Source: Selaginella moellendorffii (taxonomy: Eukaryota > Plantae > Lycopodiophyta). From it: a DNA stretch of 64,000 nt. The position numbers and the translations under genes are program-made. The stretch is from contig NW_003314273.1 in the NCBI RefSeq assembly GCF_000143415.4, forward strand, positions 1,126,074 through 1,190,073, given 5' to 3'. The notes beneath the pieces are model-generated. The model did not search any database, had not been told where the DNA came from, and was given only the letters and a program-made list of their open reading frames with translations. Positions 33,019-45,100 of this stretch are shown here, one piece after another. Each line of letters starts with the position of its first letter. Position 1 is the first letter of the stretch.

Positions 33019-36000
33019 CTTAGACTGGCATTGATTCAGATTGTGGAGAAATGGAACAAGGTTAACCTATATATACTATAGGTTGATGAAGCTCCACCAC
33101 TCTTGGATCGAGGACGGCCTAAATATAGCTGAGGTCGAGGAGGTGCCACATCAATATCAGGAATGTGGCTCGAGACTCAGGAATCGGGAAGTGTCTTGAG
33201 AGTCAGGAATAGGGAAGTGTCTCGAGAGTCAGGAATAGGGAAGTGTCTCGAGAATCAGGAATGTGGTCTGTAGGTCAGGAATCCGGCGAGAGTCAGGAAT
33301 GTGGCAAGAATTGGGGGATTCCTGACAGCACCCCCTCCTCAAGAACGAGTGGAACGAGGATGTGAATGAGAACGATGAGGAGGATGAGATGAGCGGCGAG
33401 GGATGGGAGATGGAGAAAAAGAATGAGGACTGGGACAACTAGGATAGCAGCGGTGGAAGTCCTGAACAAGGTCAGGAGAATGAATCAGGTTGTCCACAGG
33501 TTCCCAAGTGCGTTCTTCAGGCCCGTAACCCTTCCAGTCGACCAGATAGTAGAGTTTAGACCGTGAAATCTTGGAATCAAGGATGTCTTGAACCTCATAC
33601 TCAGACCCATCCTTGAGCTGCACTGGTGGAGGTGGAGGAATGACCCGATTGGGAATAGGACTGGGAATATAAGGCTCAAGGAGAGAGGAATGAAAAACGG
33701 GGTGAATTTGATATGAGGAGGGAAGTGCAAGGCGATAAGTGACAGGATTAATGATGGCAGTGATAGGGAAAGGACCGAGGCGTTTGAAATCAAGTTTTGG
33801 ATAGGGCCTGGTGGTGGAGATATTTTGCCTGAGGAGCCAAACTTTATCCCCGATATTGTAAGGGGGACAATCCTGACGATGGACATTGGCAAATGTTTTG
33901 TGAGATTCCTGAGCACGATGGAGGTGGAAGGAGATGGAGTTGTGGATTTCTTGGAGATTGGAGACAAACGCCTCAGAGCGGGGATTTGAATGAGAGGATT
34001 CGGATGGAGAAGGAAGTGAAAGATTGAATCGGGGATTTCGGCCAGAGTTTGCAAAGAAGGGGGAAATTCGAAGAGAGGAGTGAATAGAGTTGTTATAGGA
34101 GAACTTAGCAAGGGGAAGGATATCGAACTAGTTATCCTGATGATAGTTGATGAAGCACCTCAAGAATTGTTCCAACATCTGAATTGTTCGCTCGGACTGC
34201 CCATCAGTTTGAGGATGATATGCCGAAGAGAGGTTGGCCTTCACTCCAAGCAGCTGCAAAAACCGTTGCCAGAAATGAGAGATGAACTGAGGCCCCCGAT
34301 CAGAAACCACATCTGTAGGAATCCCATGAAGTCGGAAAATTTCCCTGAATACCAGTTTTGCCATGTCCTCACCCGAATACATGGCAAGAAGTGCACCATC
34401 TTTGTGAAGCGATCCACCACGACTAAAATGCTGTTGAAGCCTCCAGAACTCAGAAGATCACTCAAGAAATCCATGGAGATGGATTCCCAAGGACCTGAAG
34501 GGACCGGAAGGGAATGAAGCAAACCTGAAGGAAGGTGGCGAGGTACCTTATTCCGGGCGCAAGTGTCACAGGAGGTAACAAAAGCTTTGATGTAGTCGTC
34601 CATGTGAGGCCACCAAAAGTCCCGTGCAACTAGCTCATAGGTTTTTGCAATGCTGAAGTGACCAGCAGTCGGGCTATCGTGGCACGCCACTAGGACCAAC
34701 CTTCGAGCATCACCTTCAGGAACGTAAAGCTGCTCCCCACGGTATAATAAGCCATCTAAGAACTCGAACTCGTCAAATCACCAGCAGTCGGGAGTCACAG
34801 GGTGTCCAGCCTGAAGATGGGGGAAAATGTCGCTGGCGAGATCATCGGATTGAAGATCGTTTCTGATGGCATCCATCAAGGAGGAGTCCTGAGGGGCCAG
34901 GGAAATTCCCATAACTTGAAGCCGATCAAGACCGAGGATAATTTGATCCTGTTGATCGAAGGCAGGATTACCAGGCCTAAGACTGAGATAGGAGCGCCTT
35001 GAAAGAGCATCAGGAAGGCTTTGAAGCTTTCCAGGTCTGTACTTGATAACAAAGTCAAACCGACTCAGGAATTGTGCCCACTTTGCTTGACGACAGCTTA
35101 AAACTCGGGAAGTGGCAAAGTACTCGAGATTTTTGTGATCTGTCCAGATTGTTGTTTGATGGCCCGCCCCCTCCAAGAAATGGCACCACTCTCCAAAGGA
35201 ATCCATGATGGCAAGGAGCTCCTTGTCGTGGATTTCGTAATTGATCTCTGCAGGCTGGAATTTCCGAGAATGGAAAGCGACCGGATGAAGTTTTTGATCC
35301 GCTCCGAGTTGAGACAACACAGCACCGATGGCAAAGTCGGAGGCGTCAGCCTCGATGAAGAAAGGTTGTCAGGAATCAGCATGGATCAAAACGTGGGCAG
35401 AACTGAAGGCTGCCTTGAGTGTGTCGAAGGCGTGCTGGGCAGCAGTAGACCAAGAGAAGGGAACATCTTTGCGAGTGAGATGCGTGAGAGGAAGGACAAT
35501 GTCAGAGTAGTGATCAATGAATTTGCGGTAGAAGTTGGCGAAGCCAAGGAAAACCTGAACGTCCGACATTGATTGTGGAGGCTCCTACTCGAGAATAGTC
35601 TTGACTTTGGTAGGATCCATCGTGATACCCTCAGGAGTGACAATATACCCAAGGAACTCCACAGACTACTGATCGAAGGAACATTTCTCAAGCTTCGCAT
35701 ATAGGCTGTGTTCTCGCAGCTTCGCCAGCACCTTGTGTACATGTTCGTCGTGCTCCTCCTGAGTTCTTGAGTAGATGAGGATGTCATCGAGGTAGACGAT
35801 CACCATCTGATCAAGAAACTCCCGAAAGACGTCGTTCGCCATGTGTTGGAAAACTGCTGGAGCATTTGTCAAGCCAAATGGCATGACAGTGTACTCGAAG
35901 TGGCCAGTCTTCCATTCATCACCAGGCCGGATCCGGATCAGGTTGTATGCACCACGGAGGTCAATCTTGGTGAAGAAGCGGGCACCGCCGAGGCATTCCA

Positions 36001-37793
36001 ACAGGTCTGAGATCAGGGGCAGCGGATAACGGTTCCGAACAGTCACCTTGTTCAAACCTCAGTAATCGATGACTAGCCGCAAACTCCCATCCTTCTTCTT
36101 GACAAAGAAGACAGGCGCTCCAGCTGGGGACTGCGAATGCTGAATGAACCCCAAGGCAAGGTTCTCATCCACGTACTCTTTGAGGGCCTTAAGCTCGGAC
36201 GGGGATAACCCATAGATAGGCCCCCACGGAGGTGACGCTCCTTCCTGTAAATCAATGGGACAGTCATAAGGCCGATGAGCAGGCAGTACACTAGCTTTTT
36301 TTTTATCAAACACATCCCCAAAATCATGATACTTCTCAGGAAGACTGACAGGAAAAACATGCAAAGCAAAAAGGAAAATAGATTCTTCATGAAGGAGTTC
36401 TTTCATAGTGATTGTGGAGATAGGAGGAGGTGTACAACTAAATGGAATGATGAGACGAGGATACTGTCCAGTGTAAGATGGAAGAGAGGACAAAGAAGAG
36501 GGTGAAAACTTCGTAGAGTCAGGAACAGAACCCCGATTTGAGTTTAGGGAACTTTTCCTAATTCAGACTCGATGAACAGCAGGGGAGGCCGTGGGAGATG
36601 GTGATGTGAGAGAGATGAGCTGTAAGTCCTTCCAACAAATCTGAGGCTGATGTAGTTGGAACCAAGGAAGACTGAGCACCACAGAGGAGGACTTGCTGTT
36701 GATGATGTTGAAGGCGATATCGGTGACAGTGGACCCAATGTGTACTTGAACAGGCAACGTTTCCCTAAGTCCAGAAGATGGAGACACAAAATGCTCGCCG
36801 ATGCCTTCAACCCTCAGATCCCGTATGGTAGGAGAAAGAGGAACGTGATGTCGGGTAGCGAAGTCCGTGTCCATGAAGTAGGAAGTTGCACCCGAGTCCA
36901 GTAGCGCCAAAGCCTTGAGTCCTGATTGTCTGATGAAAGAAAGGAGACATGGGACGCGGAAGTTGCGGGAATTGGTGGTGGCTTTGATGAAAGGTGGTGA
37001 GGAGCTTGATAAGGAAGAAAAGTGATTTTTATTCGGGGTGCACCCTCGAGCAACGTCCCAATCGCGCCGATTTGAGACTCGGGAGTGGGGTACCGCCGAT
37101 GTTGAAGTGCAAAGATCAGCTCCATTTGGTTCAAAAATCCACAAAGCTCTGAACGCTTGCCTGAGAATTTCGCCGGGAAACTCACCTTCGGTTCAGGAAC
37201 TTTGCTGGATCCTTGAGCCGAAAGTGAAGCAAGCTCCTTCTGCATGCGAAGAAGGGTCGCCTTCAGCTCGGTATTCTCAGACTGGATTTTTACAAGGACT
37301 TCGGCAAAGAAATCAGGATGGCTTGGAGACTCCATTGGCAAGAAGAAAGAAAAGAAAGGGGGAAAAAGACAAAGGCAATTCTTATAATCAAAATGAGCTA
37401 AAAGAAAAGCAAAAAGCACAATCTGAATCAAACTATCAAGACCCCCAAGAAGATCAAGACTAGAAAATGCTAAAGACAAAGAGAAAAGCTAGTGGAAACA
37501 AAGAAAAGGCCTTAGACTAACATTGATTCAGATTGTGGAGAAATGGAACAAGGCTAACCTATATATACTATAGGTTGATGAAGCTCCACCACTCTTGGAT
37601 CGAGGACGGCCTAAATATAGCTGAGGTCGAGGAGGTGCCACATCAATATCAGGAATGTGGCTCGAGACTTAGGAATCGGGAAGTGTCTTGAGAGTCAGGA
37701 ATAGGGAAGTGTCTCGAGAATCAGGAATGTGGTCTGTAGGTCAGGAATCCGGCGAGAGTCAGGAATGTGGCAAGAATTGGGGGATTCCTGACA
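33017..37793 (-). mobile_element. Ty3/Gypsy chromovirus with short LTRs (Tcn1/Tf-like), internally deleted
   Basis: LTRs ~33017-33327 and ~37509-37793, PPT at 33330-33343. Truncated gag, ALLDSGAT protease, [10 protein letters not shown], RNase H, AYHPQTDGQ integrase and chromodomain EYEVQDILDS..YLVDWKGYGPEERTWEP. No tRNA-type PBS seen. Confidence 0.88.
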
Positions 37794-37799
37794 GCTATA

Positions 37800-39228
37800 G
37801 TCTTCAAAAATTGTAGCGCATGTGGATTTTACCCTTTATTTTATGGTGATTTATCATAGGATAACACCACGAAGCGGAACCTAAACCCTCTTTATGCCAT
37901 GTGACACATGCCACATGTCATATGCCACGTGTCCAAAGGACAGTGGTGTGGAACTCGAGGTTCAAAGCCTTGGGCCACTAAACGAAGGAACGATGCTAAA
38001 CTACCAAGCAGGGAGTGAAGGAGTGATGGAATCGGTCCACGGAGCAACTCTTGAGCATACAGCCCAAGGAGCAAAGGGACAGGAGCCCGGAATGACTTGG
38101 AATAGTCCTAAAGCAACCAGCATCCCATTGCCAGGACCAGCACACAAAACGAAGCCAAATAGAGTCTGCTGCTATTTTGGCATACCGGTGGCCTTACGCA
38201 AGGACATGGGTACTCCACTAGGTAGCATGGAATGGAACTTGGGCTTAGACCCAAGCCAAATGCAAAACAAGGATAAGCACGCAAGCGGGAGCTAGACTAT
38301 GCCTTAGGTTGGTCAGCTATGTCCGACCTACCCACTATCCCTACTATACATTTGGAACCCCCCATATCCCCCCCCTGAGGAACATACGCTTTGGGCTTTC
38401 ACCCCAAGCCTCCCTTAATATCAAGAGTTAGTCTCTGGGACAAGCTCGAAACTTATTAAATATGGAATGGTGCTAGATTGTGAATTTGGATACGGGACAA
38501 ACACCATTGTGTTCAGGCCAATCTCTACATTCCGTAGATATACCAAATGAGCAAATCTAGACACTTTCCATAAATAGCATTTGGGACTGAAATGAGACTA
38601 ACACAAAGGGCATGATAGTGAGGGTGTTTGGCAGACACAGTAAGCTATCATCTAGCGATATTGAGGGACCAAGCTCAATATCACAAGGGTTCTAAATGCA
38701 AGTCAACATCATGAGTTTCTCATCACTATGTCAAGTATGCTTGACTAAATGACAACTTAGGATTTCCTTTCTTAGTGCCCTTCCGATCTAAGTGCACATG
38801 TGATGACCAGTTTCTCAACTAGCTTAGGTGGAGACTGATAATGGGTCCAACAATACCAACCTCCTACTGTCGTGGCAGTAAGGAAAGAATATTCAAATGG
38901 ACTACCCAACAGCTAGGGTTTATGGGGGGTTCCAAATGTATAGTAGGGATAGTGGTTAGAATGCATATTTGACCACTTGAAACATTAGTTTGGCTCCCAC
39001 TGGGCTGTGTCGCTCCTTGTTTTGGATCTGCCTTGGGTCTAAGCCCAAGCTCCACACTGCACTAGTTAGTGGGGTACCCTCCTCCTTGCGTTAGGCTCCC
39101 AGTATGCCAAAATTGTGCCAAATACCATCCGACACCATTTTGTGTGTAGGTGCTAGATACGGGGAGCTAGTGCTCATGGGAGCTATGCAACGAGTTTGGA
39201 GTTTGGCTCTAAATTCATATGCACTACA
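37800..39228. repeat. Decayed LTR/leader fragments of a further family
   Basis: 38325-38690 recurs at 49868-50235 and 59720-60010. 37810-38200 recurs inverted at ~54275-54665. Confidence 0.6.
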
Positions 39229-39229
39229 T

Positions 39230-42195
39230 TTGGTATTATAGAAATTATCTCAGCGATTCCTATTCAACTTTTATCGGATTTTCTTACTCAAGTTGCATAT
39301 ATAGAGACTTTTCTAGTAGATCTGAAACAACCTATGTAGGATTAGTTGGATTGCACCATTCGGTAAGAATGTTGAATATATGTTCAGTTACTAATAGAGG
39401 CATACATGTAGCTAATGGGATGGTGAAAAGGAACCGTGCTGATGATGCTGAAACCTCTAGAAGGGTGAATTGAGAGGAGGAAACTCCTGCTAGAGATGCT
39501 GCGGAAGAGGCAAAGGCTGAGTTAGAAGAGGAAGAGCCAAATGCTACAGCACTACAACGTATGGCTCAAGAAGTCGTGATCGAGAATTTACGAAGGGAGA
39601 TTCACAAATTGAAGAAGGAGAACAAGAAGAGGAAGAAAGAAGCAGAGGTAGCTAAACTAGCTAAACCTAAGCAACCAGACTCCTCTTCAAGTTCTGAGGA
39701 TAATGAAGTTCTGCAACCACCCCCATTTGCACGAGTTTTCTAAGTTCAAGCCTCTGAATTCACCCAATTTCAGAGGCATGTGGGACTATCAGGTTTGGAA
39801 GACTGGGTTTACAATATGGAAAATTGTGATCGTACGAAAGTTGCATGCACACAATCCTTTCTCATTGATCATGCCAAAACTTGGTGGCACCAGATGTGTG
39901 TTGAAAAAGAGCAAAGTAGAAGTTAGACCAAGATGCAGTCTCGTATCCATAAGAAATACTTGTTGGATTATCTAAGCTCCTGAGTTTGGACTTCCCAGGA
40001 GGTCACTCAGCCCAGTACTATTCAAACCCAAGGACACTTAACTCCAAAATATCCCAAAACCCTTAACTAATTGGAAAAAAGGGTGTACTCTTGTTCATGG
40101 GCCCTTTCCCTTTATATTTGAACCCTATGGATCGTATCTCAAGTTGTTCTCTTTAGTTGCTTACAATCCACCATGTTTCCCAAGGACGCTTAACTCCAAA
40201 ATATCTCAAAACCCTTAACTAATTGGAAAAGGGGGTGCACTCTTGTTCATGGGCCCTTTCCCTCTATATTTGAACCCCATGGATCATATCTCAAGTTGTT
40301 CTCTTTGGTTGCTTACAATCCACCACGTTTCCTTGTAAGTTCACACCCTCGTGAACGAAAGTTGAGAGCCGTAGCTCTCCCGAGAGCCTCGCTCTCTTGA
40401 CACGCTACCCCTCGAGTCGAGCCCAGCAGGAGCAAATTGGACCAGCCAGATGTCAATCAACATGTGGTGTGATTCCCCTAACCAACCAATAGAGTTGGAC
40501 CCGAGACCCTTCTGATACCAAATGTAAGCTCCTAAGTTTGGACTTCCCGGGAGGTCACTCAGCTCAGTACTATTCAAACCCAAGGACGCTTAACTCCAAA
40601 ATATCCCAAGACCCTTAACCAATTGGAAAAGGGGGTGCACTCTTGTTCATGGGCCCTTTCCCTCTATATTTGAACCCTATGGATCATATCTCAAGTCATT
40701 CTCTTTGGTTGCTTACAGCATGGAGTTGTGGTATTTAAAACAGCGAGGGGACCTCATGCATTATGTTAATGCATTAACTCAGAAGCACATTATGATTGCA
40801 AATATGAGTGACAAAGATGCTCGAAGTTATTTCCTGGAAGGTTTAAGTTCACTTTCTCATAATGAGATTTTGAAGTTTAAGCCAAAGACGTACTTAGAGT
40901 GTAAGAAGGCAGCACAGCAAGTTGCCTTTAGTCACTCACTCATGGAATAATATCAACAGCTGTATGCTGGTACCTTGGACAAGAATAAGAATTCTGGGAA
41001 TAAACAAAGTGATTCGAAATAGAGGGTGGAAGGAAGGTTCTACCCTTAAGGATCACAAGCAACAGTTAATAAAGGTGGTGGTGGTTGGAGACCACCAGCA
41101 GCTTTTTCTGGTCCTAGGCCCTTTGTTCCTCCTCTGGGTGGGTACAAGTAGCAACAACCTACAAAACCTGCTCCTAGTGGAATGGGTAGTGTGAGTCATT
41201 GCTTCCAATGTGGAGAGTCAGAACATAGATCCTCGGAATGTCCTAACAAGCATAAGACAAGGTTTTGTGTTAATGTCATGAGGGCAAATGGTGGTGGTGA
41301 AGCTGAAGGGGTTGACGAGTTGGTTAATGCAGACTATGAGGAAGAGGAGGTGAGTTACTTTTGTTGCTTTCCTTAAGCTTTTCTCACAGTCAATGCAAAC
41401 ACTGATTCGTTGATATATCTGAAAGGTTTTGTCTGCAAACACTGAATTCGAGTGATGATTGACATGGGAGCTACACATAGCGAGATATCTGAAGACTTAG
41501 TTAAGTTGTTAAGCAAATGTTGCCTATGCACTTCTGGTTTGCGGAAGGTGGGCAAGTAGCCAAAAAATTTGTGAGTGATGTTTTAATAAAAATATCCAAG
41601 TGGAAAGAAAGAGTGGACTTGGTAGTGTTGAAGATACTAGATTTTCAAATGGTGTTTGGTATGGATTTCTTTAACAAATATATTAAAGGGATTTATGGTG
41701 CTAGACAAAGTCGTATCACATTGAAGTCAGAAGGACATCCCGATATGTCCTTCCAATTGCAAAAGAGCTCCTCAAAGGATTGGGATGCTAAATTCTTGAC
41801 TGTGAGAGCCACTTAGAAAGCAGCTAAAAAGGGATGTCGGACTTTTTGGGTTCAAGTGATAGAAGCTAATGGTGTTGGTGACTCAGTTTGAATCAGTGAT
41901 GGGGTTGATCTTGTACCAAAGAAGATATTAGAGTTGTTGGCAAGGAATTAAAATATCTTCTCGAAGGATTTGCCACCAAGACTACTTCCTAGCCGTGAGG
42001 TTGATCATCAGATTGAGGTTATTCTGGGTTCTAAAACACCTACAAAAGCTCTATATCATTTGAACATCAAGGAGATGGCTGAACTCAAAAAGCAACTCAC
42101 AGAGATTCTTGAGAAAGGTTATATCTGATTAAGCAAGTCACCTTATGGAGCACCGCTCCTTTTTGTTATGAAAAAGGATGGAACCATGAGGACCC
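39230..42195 (+). mobile_element. Decayed Gypsy element (family H): gag, zinc knuckle, protease and RT start
   Basis: gag from 39420, CFQCGESEHRSSEC at 41199, VMIDMGA at 41451, RT N-terminus ..SKSPYGAP at 42130. Many stops. Interrupted at 39971-40717. Confidence 0.75.
39971..40717 (-). mobile_element. Cassandra-type TRIM (LTR-PBS-internal-partial LTR-LTR)
   Basis: LTR 40523-40717, PBS TGGTATCAGA (40511-40520), LTR copies ~40180-40317 and 39971-40165. 5S-like cores at 39988-40042 and 40540-40594. Confidence 0.85.
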
Positions 42196-45100
42196 TCTAA
42201 GGATCTGCAATAGTTGTTTCTGTGGGAATATCATGATGTTCCGACAGCAGGACATGATGGAAAGGCGGACTAGAGAATTACAAAATCACCTCTACAATGA
42301 TCTTGTGAATCCTCTCTAATCTAATCTAAATCCAAACATAAAAAGGAAAGAAATACTTAGCCATGTGTTGTCGCAAAGATGTTGATGCTGAAATTGATCT
42401 ACATCTCACAACCTTGATCCCCAGAAGGCAATGAGTAAGATAGGCATGGAAGAGAAGAGTAGATGTTAAGCAAGTGGAGTGTATGTTTTTATGGCCAAGG
42501 ATATAAAAAGACAGAAAGGGGATAGGTCTAGCGTGCTATCACCAGCCTATATAACCACTATATGCCCAATCATCCAAGTCAGGAATTTGGACTGGGAGAA
42601 ATCCTAATCTCAATTCCTAACTTAGGAAATGCCTTTGTCCAAAAATCACGATGCAAAATGCATATACCTCTCTACCCTCCAATGACTAGAGTTGAGTAGC
42701 TCCTATGGCTCAAGCTTCCATTGGGGTGGTAGTAGCAGTTGTGGTGTTAGCCTCTAGTTCTTCCTCGTAGTCCTTGAGCTCATCGTGAGTGTAGTTCATA
42801 ATGGTAATCTCGAGCACTTGAAGTTGGGCCTTGAGCTCCATGTTTTCTTTGGTGAGGTGGGCATTCTCAAGTTGGTATTGCTGCACTAACTCTAAAGATT
42901 CTCGGCAAGTGTTTGGTGTTGGGAGTCCATAAGCCTGTATAGTGAAAAGGATTCCCTTTACCTGATCAAGTTCCTGAGCCATGCTTGCCAACTTCTCCTC
43001 ATGTGGTCGTGCAAAAATGTTGCGAAAGTAGCTCTTCATGCCATCCCGCGTGTACACCGCCATATTGGAGTTATGGTACTGCTTCAAGAAGTTTGTAGGC
43101 ATGGGACGAATCACTTTCAATTGCTACTGCTCCTTTGCTTCAATTGGAATGTTGTTGGTGGCATATTTATCATAGTGATGGTGCTTGGTGCTCATGCGCT
43201 TCTGAGGAAACTGGCAATGTGTTGCTGAACGAAGTGGCTGCATGTTGTCGGCAGTGGTGTCTGGAGCAAATGTCTGGTGTGGCTCAGCAAGCTGCTGTAG
43301 CTCGGTTGGCTGCTGCGGCAAAGATGGGGGCTCCTTAGCATGCTGGTGTGGTGGAGACAGCTACTCAACAGGCTGTGGCAATGAAGGTTGGTGCTGCTCG
43401 ACGGGCTGCTTCTGCTGCGCGGGTGGTTTGTGAAGAGTGATGTGCCCTTGCACAACCGCTAGTGGAATTGTAACCGTCTCAGGATTTTCAAGAATATCTT
43501 GTGTCTGCAGAAAATGATCGTCCACTGGAATTGTTGTCATTGGAGATGGAGGTGGCTCCAGTTATGTAGTGGCGATGGTGGCAAATCTGGCCGCGGTGAG
43601 CTCGGAGGCTACAAGCTCTTCGTTGATGGCTGAGTAGATGCCAAACTCTATTGCCATTTTGTTTTAGACCTAGAGGTTCTCGTTGGTTGTTGTCGTGTTG
43701 GCACCTTGTGCTGGATTGTTTGCACATCACTATCGTCACTGTCAATCTGTGGAGGCCCAATGTTTCTTCAGCCTTGTCCCTGTGTCTTTCTTCATGGAGT
43801 TGCTGCTGCCTTTCACTGGACCTTTTTCTTCTCGGTGTTCATCAAGTTGTCTTTAGCTTGGCGCTTTGAACTTTTCGTGGCTGTGTTCTGCAGAGGTAGA
43901 GGTGGTGGATTGTAGATCACCATGGCTTGACTCCTATGCATGATGATGGCTCAGACATACAATAATATCAGTTTCCTCACACATCTCCCCGCTTTGAAAT
44001 CTGCTGTCACCTTCTTAAGTTCCTTGCGAAACTTCGGGATCACATATCCTGCTAAATCCACTTTCTTCCCAACTTGAAGATCCTCATAAATGAAGGCCAC
44101 GGATCTGCTCATTGCTGTGGCAGTCTTCCGAAACTCTAGGTTGAGAACAAGGAACTTGAAGATCGTCCTTGACATTGGAGAATTGCAAACTAAGCGCCGA
44201 GTTGTAGCCCCTGGGATCTTTCATGATGTCGTGACTTAAAGCCTGTGTGCATGGAGCAGAGACTCGCTCGCCTTCGGCTGGGAGACATAGAGCTGCTGCC
44301 AACTCCAAATCTTCAAGTTCAACCTGGCCAGTGGCAAGATCCATCAAGTGAGCTTTCTTGTTGCTCACTTGATTCATGAGATATCCTGCTATTCATTCTG
44401 CAAAGTTGAAGAGGCCATGAGTGCGAGTTCAAAGCTTGACATCGGCATTGAATTGCCACTCGAGATTTTGAGAGAGGATAACAGTATCTGTCTTGGGTGT
44501 TTGCTTGGTTCGCATTGTGTCGACTCTTTGGTGTTGTTGAGTATACACTTGCACCTGTGATTCAAATAGAAGAAAAGATATGAGCACTCTTTCTATACTC
44601 GTGAACACACTCTTCTTGCTTCTTTTTTGGGCACTCTCTTTTCTACTTGCTTTCTTTTTGTCACTCTCGATTGGTGTGTTTGTTAGAGTCTGATGCACTA
44701 GTTTGAGATGGGTGAGAGCGCCTAGCTGACGATCAGTCGCTAGCACACTCGTGATCTTAAGATTTTCTTGCCACTCAAGCTTACCCTTGTGATTTTTCAG
44801 AGTGCGCTTCCTCACTATTAGGGTTAGGGCTAACTTTGTTTTATTGTTTTGTTCATATGGTGTTCTTGCATTTTCACCAAGTCTTTGCTTGAGTAGAGTT
44901 GTTTGTGATTGTTGTGAACCTGTTTTGTGTACAACGTGAGTTGTATTGGTTTCATTGGTAGTCAATTCCAGTATGGTGTGCATGGCTTGCATATACGCTA
45001 TGCTTGGTTCTTGATATTTTCTCAATTTGTTGATATTGACTATTTGAATTTCTTCATCATCGAGTGTCGCTAAGTGAGCTGTGCCGGGTGTTTACATACT

